64,000 nucleotides of DNA from the human T2T-CHM13v2.0 reference genome, Homo sapiens, in NCBI RefSeq assembly GCF_009914755.1, contig NC_060940.1; one strand, given 5' to 3'. The notes below the pieces were generated by a model. It had not been told where the DNA came from, made no database searches, and was given only the letters and a program-made list of their open reading frames with translations. The position numbers were made by a program, and so were the translations under genes. Every line of letters begins with the position of its first letter. Position 1 is the stretch's first letter. Below are positions 26,786 through 41,490 of the stretch, one piece after another.

Positions 26786-27088
26786 TTTTTTTTTTTAGAG
26801 ATGGGGTCTCATTTTGTCACCCAGGCTGGAGTGCAGTGGCAGTCACAGCCCACTGCAGCCTCAACCTCCTGGAACTCAAAGGATCATCCCACCTCAGCCT
26901 GTTGAGTAGCTAGGACTACAGGTGTGAGCCACCATGCCTAGTCAATTACAGTTTTTTTTTTTTTTTTTGTAGATTTGGGGTCTTGGTATATTTCCCAGGC
27001 TGGTCTCGAACTCCTGGCCTCAGGTGATCCACTCGCCTCAGCCTTCCAAAGTGCTGGGATTACACAGGTGAGCCGCCGCTCCCGGCCC
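26786..27088 (-). mobile_element. AluJ
   Basis: Antisense dimer; degenerate TSD AAATTGATTGATT / AAATCAGTTGATT. Confidence 0.92.
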
Positions 27089-27299
27089 AAATCAGTTGAT
27101 TTCTATGTTGCATTTCACTCTCTTAAGTTTTTAGGTCATGGAAATGTCTGTGTATTACTCTTAGGCTACTGACAATTGTGTAGCAAGACACACCAGCATC
27201 TGCTTTGCAAGTGTGTTCCTCGAACACTGTCTCCTCCCGGCCTCTGCTTCTTTGCTCCTGGGTATTATTACTTTGACCCCTTCGTTGCACCCTTTTCCC

Positions 27300-28040
27300 A
27301 TGTTTCTGGAGCCAAGAGCATATTTACTCTAATAATATGGCAAAAGGCAGCTGTTGGGAGGAGGCTGCGCTGGCTCTATTTAAACAGTGCAGCTACTTCC
27401 CTCTCTGAGGTTCTCAGCCAGCCTCACTTCAGAGCGGACGTCTCAGGGCTGTGTGTTATCTCACACTGTTTATGCGTCTGTGGGTTTTTGAAGGTCGAAT
27501 GTAGGTTAACTTTCACGTGGGATGGGAGAGATGGATGGGCGGCTGGAGCTCTGGGTTGTATAGCGAGCGTGTGTCTAGCTACAGACGTTGTCTGACAGGT
27601 TTAACATTTGCCGTTTGCTGTGGCTTTTTAAAAGTTCTCACTTTTAAATTTTGGAGTGCTGACAGAGGATTTGGGGGGTGCAGGAGGGCTCATTTCATTG
27701 AAACACATTTGCCTTTAAAATAAATCTGGCATTGCCTTCGGTACTTGCAGTTGGTCAAGAAAGGCCCACGGTGCGTGGCTGAGAGCAGCCGAATGGAGGG
27801 AGCAGACGCTTGCTGGATGGAGACGCCGCCGCTCGCTGCATTGCTGATGTGTGAGGACGCGTGGATTTCCTTTCCTTGCTTTGCCTGGCGAGGCTGCCCT
27901 CGCATCCCGACGTGTTTAACACAGGACACCAGCTTCTCCACCGGGAGGAAGCCTTGCGTTCTGAGCTCAGCGACGCTGAACTTGTTCCTGTAGGCAACTT
28001 GTCTGAATCCCAATTTTTGCCCTAGCGCCACAGCGCATTT
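27300..28040. promoter_or_regulatory. Candidate enhancer/promoter island
   Basis: Apparently repeat-free; FOX-like TATTTAC 27321, TGTTTAT 27467, TGTTTAAC 27913; TATA-like TATTTAAA 27377; GATA TTATCT 27456; E-boxes at 27348 and 27514; CpG-rich 27750-28040. Confidence 0.4.
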
Positions 28041-28102
28041 TTCTTTTTCCTTAAGGCCTTTGCCCTCAGACTTGTTATCAAGGAAAAGAAAATGTAGGTC
28101 TG

Positions 28103-28834
<732 letters not shown>

Positions 28835-29800
28835 CTACAAATATTTATCAGAGTCCTTCGGGGGCTAAGGCATGCTGGCCCACACACTGTCAGGATCACA
28901 AAAAAGCTAAATATAAATATGCCTCCCAGAGCTTCGGATATCAGAACCCAAGTTAGCTGGGACCCAAAGTCTCTGGAAGGCTAGAAAGTTAATACGGGAC
29001 GACGTCTCTTGGGACAAGGCAGGTTTTATCTGTTAAAGAAGAAACTTCTGGCTTGTGTGAGTCACTCAGGCTGCCTGGACTCCTGGGTCTCCCCCTGGAG
29101 GGTTGCATGGTGGGACTTCATGCATGAAAAACAGATTTCACGATTTCACTAAAATTGGTTCGAGACATCCTGTGTGTCCGGCCCTGGTCTGGTGATGGTT
29201 TCCAGGGCGCAGGAGAAGGTGTGTCGGTCAGCAGGGTTCTCTGGGAAAGATGACGGGAAGATGGCCTTCAGATTTGGCAGCCATGGGCCACCTGACTCTT
29301 CACATTGAGCCTTGGAGCTGGCCAGCTAGAGGGCAGTTGGGGAGAACACTCCAGGTCACAAGAGAAGGCCGAGCTGCGAGGGAGGATCTCTAAGGTGCGG
29401 TTGATCTCAGACACCAAGATTCTACTATAAATGGAAGAGTTGGCCGTCCTACAGCCAGGCAGGGGAACTTGGAAATCTGATGTTCCAGAAGAGTGTTGTG
29501 AAGGAGCAAAGAAAACCCACCAGCAGATATTGCTGGGGCCCTGGTTTACAGGCTTAGGGTGGGACAGCGGCCTGACCCCAAGGTCTGGAGGGAAGCGGCA
29601 GAAAGATTGTGCATTCACCTCTGAGTGCAGGGAGGAGGCGGAGGAAGGGCACCTATGCTGCAGGGGTGGAACTGGCGGGTTCCTGCTCAAGGGGTGGAAA
29701 TCGGGCCCTGCAGGGGGCTCTGTGCGCTGCGCGGGGTGCCGGCCTGCTGGGCAGTCCCAACTCACCCGATGGTGGCGGCTTAACTTTAAACTGTGCTCCC

Positions 29801-30090
29801 TCCCAGCACTTTGGGAGGCTGAGGTGGGCGGATCCCTTGAGCCCGGGAGTTTGAGACTAGCCTGGCCAACGTGGTGAAACTCTGTCTTCATAAAAAATCA
29901 AAAAAAAAAAATTAGCCTGATGTGGTGGTGCACGCCTGTAATCTAAGCTACTGGGGAGGCTGAGGTGGGAGGATCACTTGAGCCCGGTAGGCGGAGGTTC
30001 CAGTGAGCTGAGATCCCGCCACTGCACTCCAGCCTCGGCAACAGAGCAAGACCCTGTCCCCAAAACAAAACAAAACAAAACAAAAAATAA
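29801..30090 (+). mobile_element. AluJ, 5'-truncated by about 28 nt, (CAAAA)n tail
   Basis: Begins at TCCCAGCACTTTGGG; TSD TAAAYTGTGCTCMCT at 29787 and 30088. Confidence 0.9.
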
Positions 30091-30119
30091 ATTGTGCTCA
30101 CTTTTCCTCTTAAAGGTGT

Positions 30120-30800
30120 AGCAGCTGGAACAAGAACGGGCGGAGCAGCTTCGTTCAAGATCAGAGACCGGCCAGGTGCCCACCGACGGGAGAATGGATG
30201 AACACGCCGTGGCGTTTTGTGCAGTGGAATGTCACTCTGTAGCAGAAAGGGACAAATGACAGCGTGGGTGAGGCTCAGCAAGGCTGTGCTGAGTGGAAGA
30301 AGCCCTGCCCAGACGGGCACCCCCGGTGCAATTCCGTGTCTGTCACGTCCCAGCACCGGCAGATCCACCCAGTGGTGGCAAGAGCCCAGACGAACGGTGG
30401 TCGCTGTTGTGCATGGGCAGGACTGAGCAGGAAATGGCAGGAAGCAGGAAGGGCTTCGGGGATGTGGTAACATGTACTTTGATACGGGCTTGGGTTACAC
30501 AGGTCTATGCATTTGCCCAAACTCAGCAAATATTTAAGCAACTGTAAACAAATGTTGGCCATGAGCTAGCAATATGCACACTAAGATATTAAATAGAGGA
30601 CGGTGCTGGAGTCTGCAGTCTGCTCTGTCGTTTGTCCAAAAGCCAAGGTGGATGGATGGTTGGGTGAGGGAGGATTGACGGGCGGCTGCCTGACCAGGCA
30701 GGGAGAGCCAGTGTCCATGCGGCCTCCGGGTAGTGAGGACGCGAGCTGCACTGTGAGATCCTCTCTGCCTTGTTGTGTGTTTGAAATGTTCATGCTGAAG
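30120..30800 (+). mobile_element. Ancient L1M (MC/MD/ME-like) 3' region, strongly GC-shifted
   Basis: GGAGAATGGATGAAC..GTGG, TGCTGAGTGGAAGAAGCC and GGTTACACAGGT.TATGCATTTG..CAAAACTCA landmarks. Confidence 0.65.
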
Positions 30801-31020
30801 TGTTGGGGGGAAAGTGTCCCAGGTGGGATAATAAATATCCGATCACCCCTACACACAGCCCGCCGTCTGTCTCCCAGCAAGGTCCAGGGCGGGAGAGGGC
30901 ACCGTGGATTCAGATGGATCAGGAAAGGACGTTCCGGACCTTTCTCTGCAAACCTGCAGCCTGGGGCTGGTGCCAGCCCTTATCCTGCGGTGTCTCAAAG
31001 GTTTGGAAACACGGTGTTGT

Positions 31021-31250
31021 GAGAAAGTAGAATGCTGGCTGCTGGGGGCTGGGGGCTGGGGACAGGACTCAGTGTTTAACCGGGACAGAGTTTCAGCTTT
31101 ACAAGATGAAAAGAGTCTGGAGATGGATGGTGGCTTTGCTTGCACAGTGTTCTGAATGTATTTGGTACCACTGAACTCTACACGTAAACATCGTTGAGAT
31201 GGTAAATAATATTATAATATTATGTGTGCTTTACCACAACTAAAAAATTC
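31021..31250 (+). mobile_element. L1MB 3' end
   Basis: GGGACAGAGTTTCAG...GATGAAAAGAGTCTGGAGATGGATGGTGG...CCACTGAACT. Confidence 0.8.
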
Positions 31251-31269
31251 GGGGGAGAAACAAGAAATG

Positions 31270-31490
31270 TGGCATTGTGGAGAAAGTTCAAGCAGACAGA
31301 CCTGGCTTCACCATTTCCTAACCTTTTTTTTTTTTTTTTTTTTTTTTTTTCCTGGGCAGGTTATTTAATGTCTCAGTCGTAGTTTTCTTATCTGTAAAAC
31401 GGGTCAATTACAACCTGCCTCCGAGGTGTTGCCATGAGGAAATAAGGTGTGAAGTACTGGGCAGGATGAAGCTAATAAATGGTAACTTTC
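31270..31490 (+). mobile_element. MIR interrupted by T27 (31324-31350)
   Basis: CCTGGGCAGGTTATTTAA...AGTTTTCTTATCTGTAAAACGGG core. Confidence 0.7.
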
Positions 31491-31899
31491 AGAAAAAAGT
31501 CCACTTTCACCTGCTGGTGCAACCAGAATGCTGGTCACTGTGGCGCAGGAAGCTCCCGGTAAACGCCTGAGGCCGAGGGATTGTGGCCTCAGTCTCTACA
31601 TCCACGACACCTCCCCCACCCTTCTCTGCATCCCAGCTGAGCAGATCCTGGCTGGCTCTGATCCCACTCGGCCTCCAACTGCCTCTGCCCCTCAGCCAGC
31701 CCTTACGTTCCAGCATCTTCAATTTCTTCCTTTCCACCAGCTGTTTCTTCCAATGAAGTGGCATAATCTAACAAAAATAGTTCCTGAACTGGAGTGGGAA
31801 CCTGTACACACTTTAACAATGAAGTATCTGACCTGAAAAGTGCTTGATAAATATAAACCATGATTCGTGCAGGTATTAGCTCCTATGGTTTACGGATAG

Positions 31900-32070
31900 C
31901 TGTAATAACACGAATAGCTAATGCAACTGAGCATGGATCAGGTGACTATGAGCTCGTCAGTGCTATTCCCATCTCGCAGACAAGGACAATAAAGCTCGGA
32001 AGTGACAAAGCCAGGCTGAGGGCAAGGTTCTTCTGACTCTCAAGCCTGTGCCCTGCACCTGTTGCCTCTA
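31900..32070 (-). mobile_element. MIR fragment
   Basis: TATTCCCATCTCGCAGACAAGG...TTCTGACTCTCAAGCCTGTGC. Confidence 0.5.
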
Positions 32071-32399
32071 CTGTATCTTGGGAGCTGGGTACCACTTGGG
32101 ACTGCTGACTCTCCAATTATAAGAGGGAGGAAGGACAGCTAAATGTCTCCCCTTAGCAGCAGGTGACACAATGCATTGTGTCCTCGTCGCTCACACAGGA
32201 GTAGGTCTCTTCTGCAAGACCACCTGCTCCATCCTTTGCCTTCACCTTCATTCGGTTGTTGAGTTTGCAGACAGCACCGTCCACGCCTGTTTCTCCCTCT
32301 ATTCTCCTCTCATCTGGGGTCCTTTGGCTCCCTCTCTGCTCCTCAGTCCCACAGTGTGGGCACATCTCTACAGGAGTGGTTTACTGGAAAGCAAAGTGG

Positions 32400-32560
32400 G
32401 GTTTGTCCATAGGAGATGTGAGTTCAAGTTCTAGTTCCACCCTCCCCTGGTCATGGTCTTGGACAAATCACTCAACCTCTCTGAGCATCACTGTCCTCAT
32501 CTGCAGAACAGAGTCGGTAATAGTTCTACCTCGTAGGGTAGTGAGATCAAAGGGAGATGT
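32400..32560 (+). mobile_element. MIR fragment
   Basis: GAGTTCAAGTTCTAG...CTTGGACAAATCACTCAACCTCTCTGAGC...CCTCATCTGCAGAA. Confidence 0.7.
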
Positions 32561-32984
32561 CAGAAAGTGACCTGGACTTCCTGGGCAATGCACCGTGGCC
32601 TGCACTGTAACTAACCTGCCTTCTCGGCCACATCAGAGATGTTCTAGCTGCAAATCCACTGACTTTCCTGGAGCATTTGAGGTTAACCTTAATTTAAGTC
32701 AGTCGTTCCCTCTTGGCTCCTAAGACTCGGCATCAGCTTCCTGACACTCCCTCCTCCTCGGTCCTACCCGTCCACCTGAAACTCACCATGTTCCACATTT
32801 TTTTCCCCTCCAAAATGTCCTAAAAGAATCCAAAGGCTCACTTTTTTTTTTGTCCTATCTGGCTGTCCCAAGGCCCTCATGCCAACAGATACTCTTATCA
32901 GGCATGGCCTCCCAAGGGCTTAGCAGTGACCCTCCAGAAGCTGAGGGCAAAGGTCAGGTCTCTCTTTGGTCAAAGATAAATTCT

Positions 32985-33285
32985 TTACTACACACTGTGA
33001 CACTTGCTTGACGAAAACAAGTTTGGCAGAGGTGACGCAAGCCGGGGCCATAGTGCGTCTGCATGATCTGGCTTGGTCTCCAGTGCTTCTGGCACCTACC
33101 ATGAAAACAGCATGCTCCAGGTAGACACCAGAGCCAGGGAAGGCCTGGGGACCAGACCTGGAGCTGCCCTGCAGCCTTACCCAGGATGCCCTTGCCAACC
33201 CACAGACCATGAGCTAGGACAACAAACGTCTGTGACTGTAAGCCACTTGTTTGTTATGCAGTGTGATTCAGCAAAACCCATAGTA
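32985..33285 (+). mobile_element. Old MLT1 (I/J-like) LTR fragment
   Basis: CCAACCCACAGACCATGAG...TGTAAGCCAC..TTTGTTATGCAG 3' LTR motifs. Confidence 0.55.
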
Positions 33286-33317
33286 GGGAAGACTTCCTGA
33301 TAGGATATATTCCACCA

Positions 33318-33637
33318 GAAAAGATGGAGCCATTTGACTGAGTTAAAATGAAGAACTTTTGCTCTTCGAAAAGAACCTTGAAGAAAAAGGGAAAAGACAA
33401 GTTACTCACTGGGAGAACATAGTCTTCACACACATAAAAGTTTAGTAGCAAGACTATATAAAGAACTCTTGCAAAGTGGTAAGAAAACATAAACAGCCCA
33501 ATTAAAAAAGGGGGCAAAAGTCAGGAACAGACATCGCACGGAAGACAGTGTGCTTATGCCAATGAGTATAGGGAAGGGTGATCGGAGAGCACAACTCTGG
33601 ACCCTGATGAGACACCACTTTGCATCCACTGGGCTGG
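33318..33637 (+). mobile_element. L1M ORF2 fragment
   Basis: TTTGACT..GTTAAAATGAAGAACTTTTGCTCTTC...ATATAAAGAACTCTTGCAA...TGAGACACCACTT. Confidence 0.7.
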
Positions 33638-34079
33638 AAGCCTGGGCTGCTCTGTCAGGTGTCTGCTGGGGTACCGAAGGATGTTAGATAGGTCCTCAAA
33701 GGGAGGGCTGGGTCCTGCAGATAAGCAGGTCATGGGCTGTCGAGCTGGAAACGTTTTGGTGTAGGTGTCAATACAGTCTCATTGGCACCCATCGAGAGAT
33801 GAAGCTTGGGGGATTGAGGTTAAACTGGGAATTTTTTAAAATAGTGTTTTCCCCAGCACTGACTCTGGTGCTTTTAGATGCCAGATGCGAATTGACGGAT
33901 GGGTCAGGTGATGCGTCTCAAATTTCTCTACAGATGAGTAATCGAATAAGAAACTAGTGGCCAGGGGCGTGGCTTCTTCCCCATCTTCCCACTACAACCC
34001 TCTCCCGGGCCTTGCACACACCCCATCACCACCATCATCATCTCCATCCCTGCTCTTTGGCCAGGAAACCCTGTTAAGG

Positions 34080-34230
34080 TGGTGTGGGGAAATGAACATT
34101 GACTCAGGGCCAAAAAACCAGTTCTGCTGCAAGCCAGCTGTGCCACTGTGGGTGCGTCGTTTAACCTCATTAAGCCTCTGTTTTCCCATTTGTAAACTAC
34201 AGACAGACTGGAGACTTGTAAGAGATAAAT
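34080..34230 (+). mobile_element. MIR fragment
   Basis: TTTAACCTCATTAAGCCTCTGTTTTCCCATTTGTAAA core. Confidence 0.6.
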
Positions 34231-34440
34231 CTAATTCTTTCATAGACATTAATGATCCTTGAAAAAGGATCATTTGAGGGACGTGGAGATTGGTTTCTAC
34301 TGTTTCTGTTGTTACTAACACTCCTCCTTTCCCAAGGCCTTTAGAAAGGGGTGAGCTCTCCATCACCGAAAGTATTCAGATAGGCTTCCAGGAATTTTTT
34401 GGGAAAATGTTCCTGCTTTGAGTAAGACACAGGACTAGAT

Positions 34441-34640
34441 CAGCGTTTGGCAAACTATGGCTCGTGGGCTAAATTCCGCCCCTCTCCTGTGTTTGAAGAT
34501 AAAGTGGAACACAGCCACGTTTACTCGTTGACAGAGTCTACGGCTGCTTTGGCACACAGACTCGAGGAGTTGTGACAGAGACGGTACGACCTGCAGAGGC
34601 TAAAATACTTACTCTCTGATCCTTACAGAAGTAAAGGATT
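34441..34640. mobile_element. MER58A-like hAT-Charlie element
   Basis: GGCAAACTATGGCTCGTGGGCTAAAT...GGAACACAGCCAC...GGCTGCTTT...CTAAAATACTTACT. Confidence 0.75.
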
Positions 34641-35009
34641 AGATGATTGCTCAAATTTATTCCATCATTTGAATTTCGTCGTTTAATAATTTTCCTCTGC
34701 TTTTTCTGTGACATGACTATCTCCATAAACGGAAGGAGATGATTTTCCCTTTAAATTTATAATTATTTTAAAATATTAACCACCATTAAGTTGTTTTATT
34801 CACAACAGGAGAATAATGAAAAAGCTTAGCTAAAGCAAGGATTGCATGAATTCTCTTGGTAGACCTTAATGCAGTAATTGTCTCCAATAATCGTAAGCCA
34901 ATTGATTACAGACAATATGCTACAGGATTAGATCCTTAATAACTTTACATAATCAGGCAATCTGGTAGATGATAAGTATGTGTAAATGATTAAATACACA
35001 AAAGAAACT

Positions 35010-35910
<901 letters not shown>

Positions 35911-37869
35911 AGATCTGCCCAAATCTCAGCCTGGCTCAGCAGGGATCCCATTCCACTGCATTTTTTTTTTGAGGTCATGGGAAGTGTTCAAACAGAACTG
36001 GCTGGACAGGCCTTGAATGTAGCCAGGGGTGAGAACCTGGGGTTTGGTTTGATGGACTCTGGGCTGGACAGGGGCTTGCAGGCTTAGTCACAGGATTCTT
36101 GCTGAAGCGAGGGTTTTCTTAAGCTTCACAAATTTAGGAAACCAAAGGGGAATCTGCCTGTTTGTTTTCTCCCTGAGTGGAAGGGAGAAGCTTTTACAAG
36201 AAATAACTTTTTCAGCAAATCCGCCGTATTTTTTTAACCTCTCATGTTTTGCCCCCTGCAATTGTGACACGTCTACATGAAATTGGCCACAGGAAGGAAG
36301 CCCTGTTGGAGAAGCTATTTTCTGAACATCCCTTTATACCCTCGATTTCACAACATGCAGACATTTAAGTCGAGAGACTGGGACTTCAGGCCCTAATGGC
36401 AGCTATAATTTGGAAGTCAAATGCAGCAGGGAGCTGTTAGAGCTGATGCATGATTCCTGCATACAGGCAGCCAAGGTAAGCATCATGGAAGCCATTAAAT
36501 ATTCACTCTAATGAGAGAGACTTGCAGAACTGCGAGTCTAAATCCTTCTGGAAATGAGCCTGAAATGAGAGTTCAACTCAATGAGATTCTCTAATGGGGA
36601 AGTTAAGAGTTTTGAGAAGGGCTAGAAGAAAATAGAATGACCCTACCAATGGGAAGTAGCAGTGACCCAGAACTGCTGCTTTGAAAGTGCCCTTTACTTA
36701 AAGTGGGGAGCTCGAGGGTCACTGGCTTATGGCCTTGATGAATGTACCACCAACGCTGGAGTCGTGCATCGTGACTTACTACAATGTTTGTACCAGTCCG
36801 TGTAGGTGCGGGGGGTAGGGGTGCCACCCTCTGATAGTCTTGCCTCCATAAGCACGCATAGAGTTTGCATGAAGCCCTCCTGTACTTAACAGTACTAGTC
36901 ACTGAAGTAGCCGGGATGATAGAAAACACCTTGGCTCCTCATCTGCTTGTCCCATCGCAGTTTTTCCTCCTGCCTGTTGCAGGTGGTCATCTCCAGGCAC
37001 CTGTGGGTTGAAGCAGGAAGACTGTAGCTGCCACTTTCAACGCTTGCCAGGCACCAGCTACTTCATACATCTCATTTAATCCTTGTAACAGCTCTTTGAG
37101 GTGGATACTTCTAACTGCAGCATGCAAAGGAGGTTGCAGGCTCAGGATCAAAGAGACTTTTGGGTCAGGGCACAAGGTTGGCACAGTGGAGGCAAGATAT
37201 GGGTGCAGGGCTGTAGGACTGTGTGGCCAATGTCTGAGATCACTTATCTCTTGCTCCACATCCTATGGGGTGCAATGCTTCCATGTGTGCAGCTGGGGTA
37301 AACTTTATGCTCTCCTTGGCAGCATCTATGGAATGGGACCAATTTCAGCCAAGAGGAGACAATGCTTATTCCCAGGCACTGCTCTCTTTGACTTGGCATC
37401 TTTTCCATCTTTTTATTTATTGATGTGGCAAACATTTATCTCCTTTCCTCATGACTGAGCTTCAGAGCTTTAGGAACCTAGAGATCATCTAATTCAAACT
37501 CATGTTTTAGATGAAGAAACTGAGATGTACAGAAGAGGAATAAACAGACTGGGAAAATGTATCAGTCAGCATTGCTGCATAACAAATGACCCTCAAACTT
37601 CATGGCTTAAAACAGCAATGATGAATTATTCTTGAAGATTCTTTGGTTTGACTGAGTGATTCTTCAGCTGATCTTACCTGGGCTCACTTGTGTGGTGGGA
37701 GCCACCAAGAAGCTTTCATCGCAGCATCTTCAAATGATGCTAAGAATGTACCAAAGCAGGAGCTCTCCAGCCTTGGAAGTTGCAGGTCATTTCCACTCCA
37801 TTCTATTGGTCAAAGCATGTCACAGGCTACCCCAGAGGGGCAAGGAGTGGGGGAAATGGGGAAATAGAC

Positions 37870-38755
<886 letters not shown>

Positions 38756-40249
38756 TGACCCCAGGACTCCCGATTTTGCTCCTTCTTGTGACAGCACACC
38801 GCTCTAACACTCCATGGGACTTCCTAAAAGCCCCTGGGTTTTCCAGGAGTAAGTATCCCAGCGCCAAGAGACCATGTGTGTCCCCTCTATGCTCGTGACT
38901 CTGCCAACCAGTGCTCCTTCCTAGTATCCTGAATTTTAGGAGATGAAGATCTCACACTGAAATGGCCATCTTGTCACCCTGTAGCCACCTATTCCTCCAA
39001 TGTGTCCCAGGATGGGAGGGTTCCAAATTATCTCACCCTGGGGGGGGGGGTAGGTGACCCATTAGAGTCAGAGAATAAAATATTTGAACTTCTACTCATA
39101 TTTCTGCTTGTCTAAGAAGAAAATGAAGTTTGCAGAAGTTTAGAAGTAGGGAGACACCAGCACCCTCGCTTGGTTCTTGCAAGGTTGCCAGATGTCAAGT
39201 GTCATGTGCAGGACAAAGAAGACCCTGAGGGTGAAGGGGAAACTCCGCTGTGGTTGCACATCGAGACGTGTGTAGGTTGCACACCGAGACATATGTAGGT
39301 TGCAAGTCTGATTTACTGGACTGAGGAATGTATTATCCTAACACAATACTTTCAATAATTTGCAATGAAATAAAACATGACTGTGGAAATAGTTTGCATG
39401 GCACAGACATTCACTGGCAGCCTTTCTTAAGGATGAGAGATATTCTTTGTCCTCAAGGCGTAAGTTCCACACTTGCTGAGGGTTTTTTGGCCATGACAAA
39501 TGGCCTCCTGATGTATGATATAATTTCTCTCTCTAAGGTATATATGTTTTTATCTTATCCCTATATGCTGTACTAAAGTAAGCACACAACCTGTGCCTTT
39601 GAGGTAGGAGAAATCCACACTATGGAGAGAGAATTTTGAAAATCGATCGAGTAAGTGTGGGTTATGGGCTAGGTATTGGCTTCCCAAACATCTCATTTAG
39701 TCCCCAGGTGAGGTGAGTGCCGATGCTCCGTTTTCCAGATGAGAAAAATGATTCTAACAGGTCCAAAGTAGAGGAGGCAGATCCCCACCAAGCCGGTCCT
39801 GACGTCCCCTGAATACCAGGGTTGCTCTCAGCAGGCACACAGACGTAGCCCACGTCTACAGGAGCTGTGACATCATGACAGTCGCCAGGCTCATCCTTCT
39901 CTCACACAGGACAGCCATGCCAGGCTTTGCTGTCATCCTGTTGTCAGGAGGAAGAAGCAGGTTTCAGAGACATGACAGGTGCAGCTGGCCTCCACACTGG
40001 TGTCGAGTCTCCTTTCTGCCCTTTCGTCTCACCCAAGACCTCACTGCCCTTCTCCTTGTGCAGAAAGGAGGTCCTGGGGTGGCCGGCAGGAGAGGGAACA
40101 CCTGTCTTAGGTCTCCAGGTTGGAACTGCTCCTGATCACCCCCTCTGTGGGGGGTACTTGAGGGTCTGGAAAGCTCATTCCGAGGGGGAAGAGGGGGGAA
40201 ATCTGGGGTGCTGAGGAGCCTGTCCCTATTGCCAGGTACGGGTCCACCC

Positions 40250-40723
<474 letters not shown>

Positions 40724-41095
40724 TAAAACACCTACGGCCTGGCTCATAAGTCACAGAAACTCAGAATCTGTGGTTAAATTGAAATGTTTCCTAATTGTTT
40801 ATTGTGTGTAGAACTCCTCCTGGTGGAAAGTCTATCAGGAAATACTCCAACAGCTATGAAGTGTGACTCCTACTAAACCTACAACAATTATCCATGGGCA
40901 CTGACCTATTCCCTAAACTTCATCTTTTCTTGTGAGTCTGTTGGTCATAGCAGACACAAGGTGGTGTATGTGACCAATGGCTCTTGTCTTGGGGGCTGGG
41001 AGATCTTCTGTGTTTCTTTTGGTTCCAGATGTTTCTGTCCCAGCAGCCCAAGATGTTTCTTGCTGAACCCCTGTGGGAATGGCAAGACTCGCTAG

Positions 41096-41490
<395 letters not shown>

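Noticed and set aside
39040-39304. G11 run and 23-bp x2.3 tandem repeat (similar small duplications at 12853, 23197 and 52051)
   Set aside because: Ordinary local slippage duplications with no further structure.
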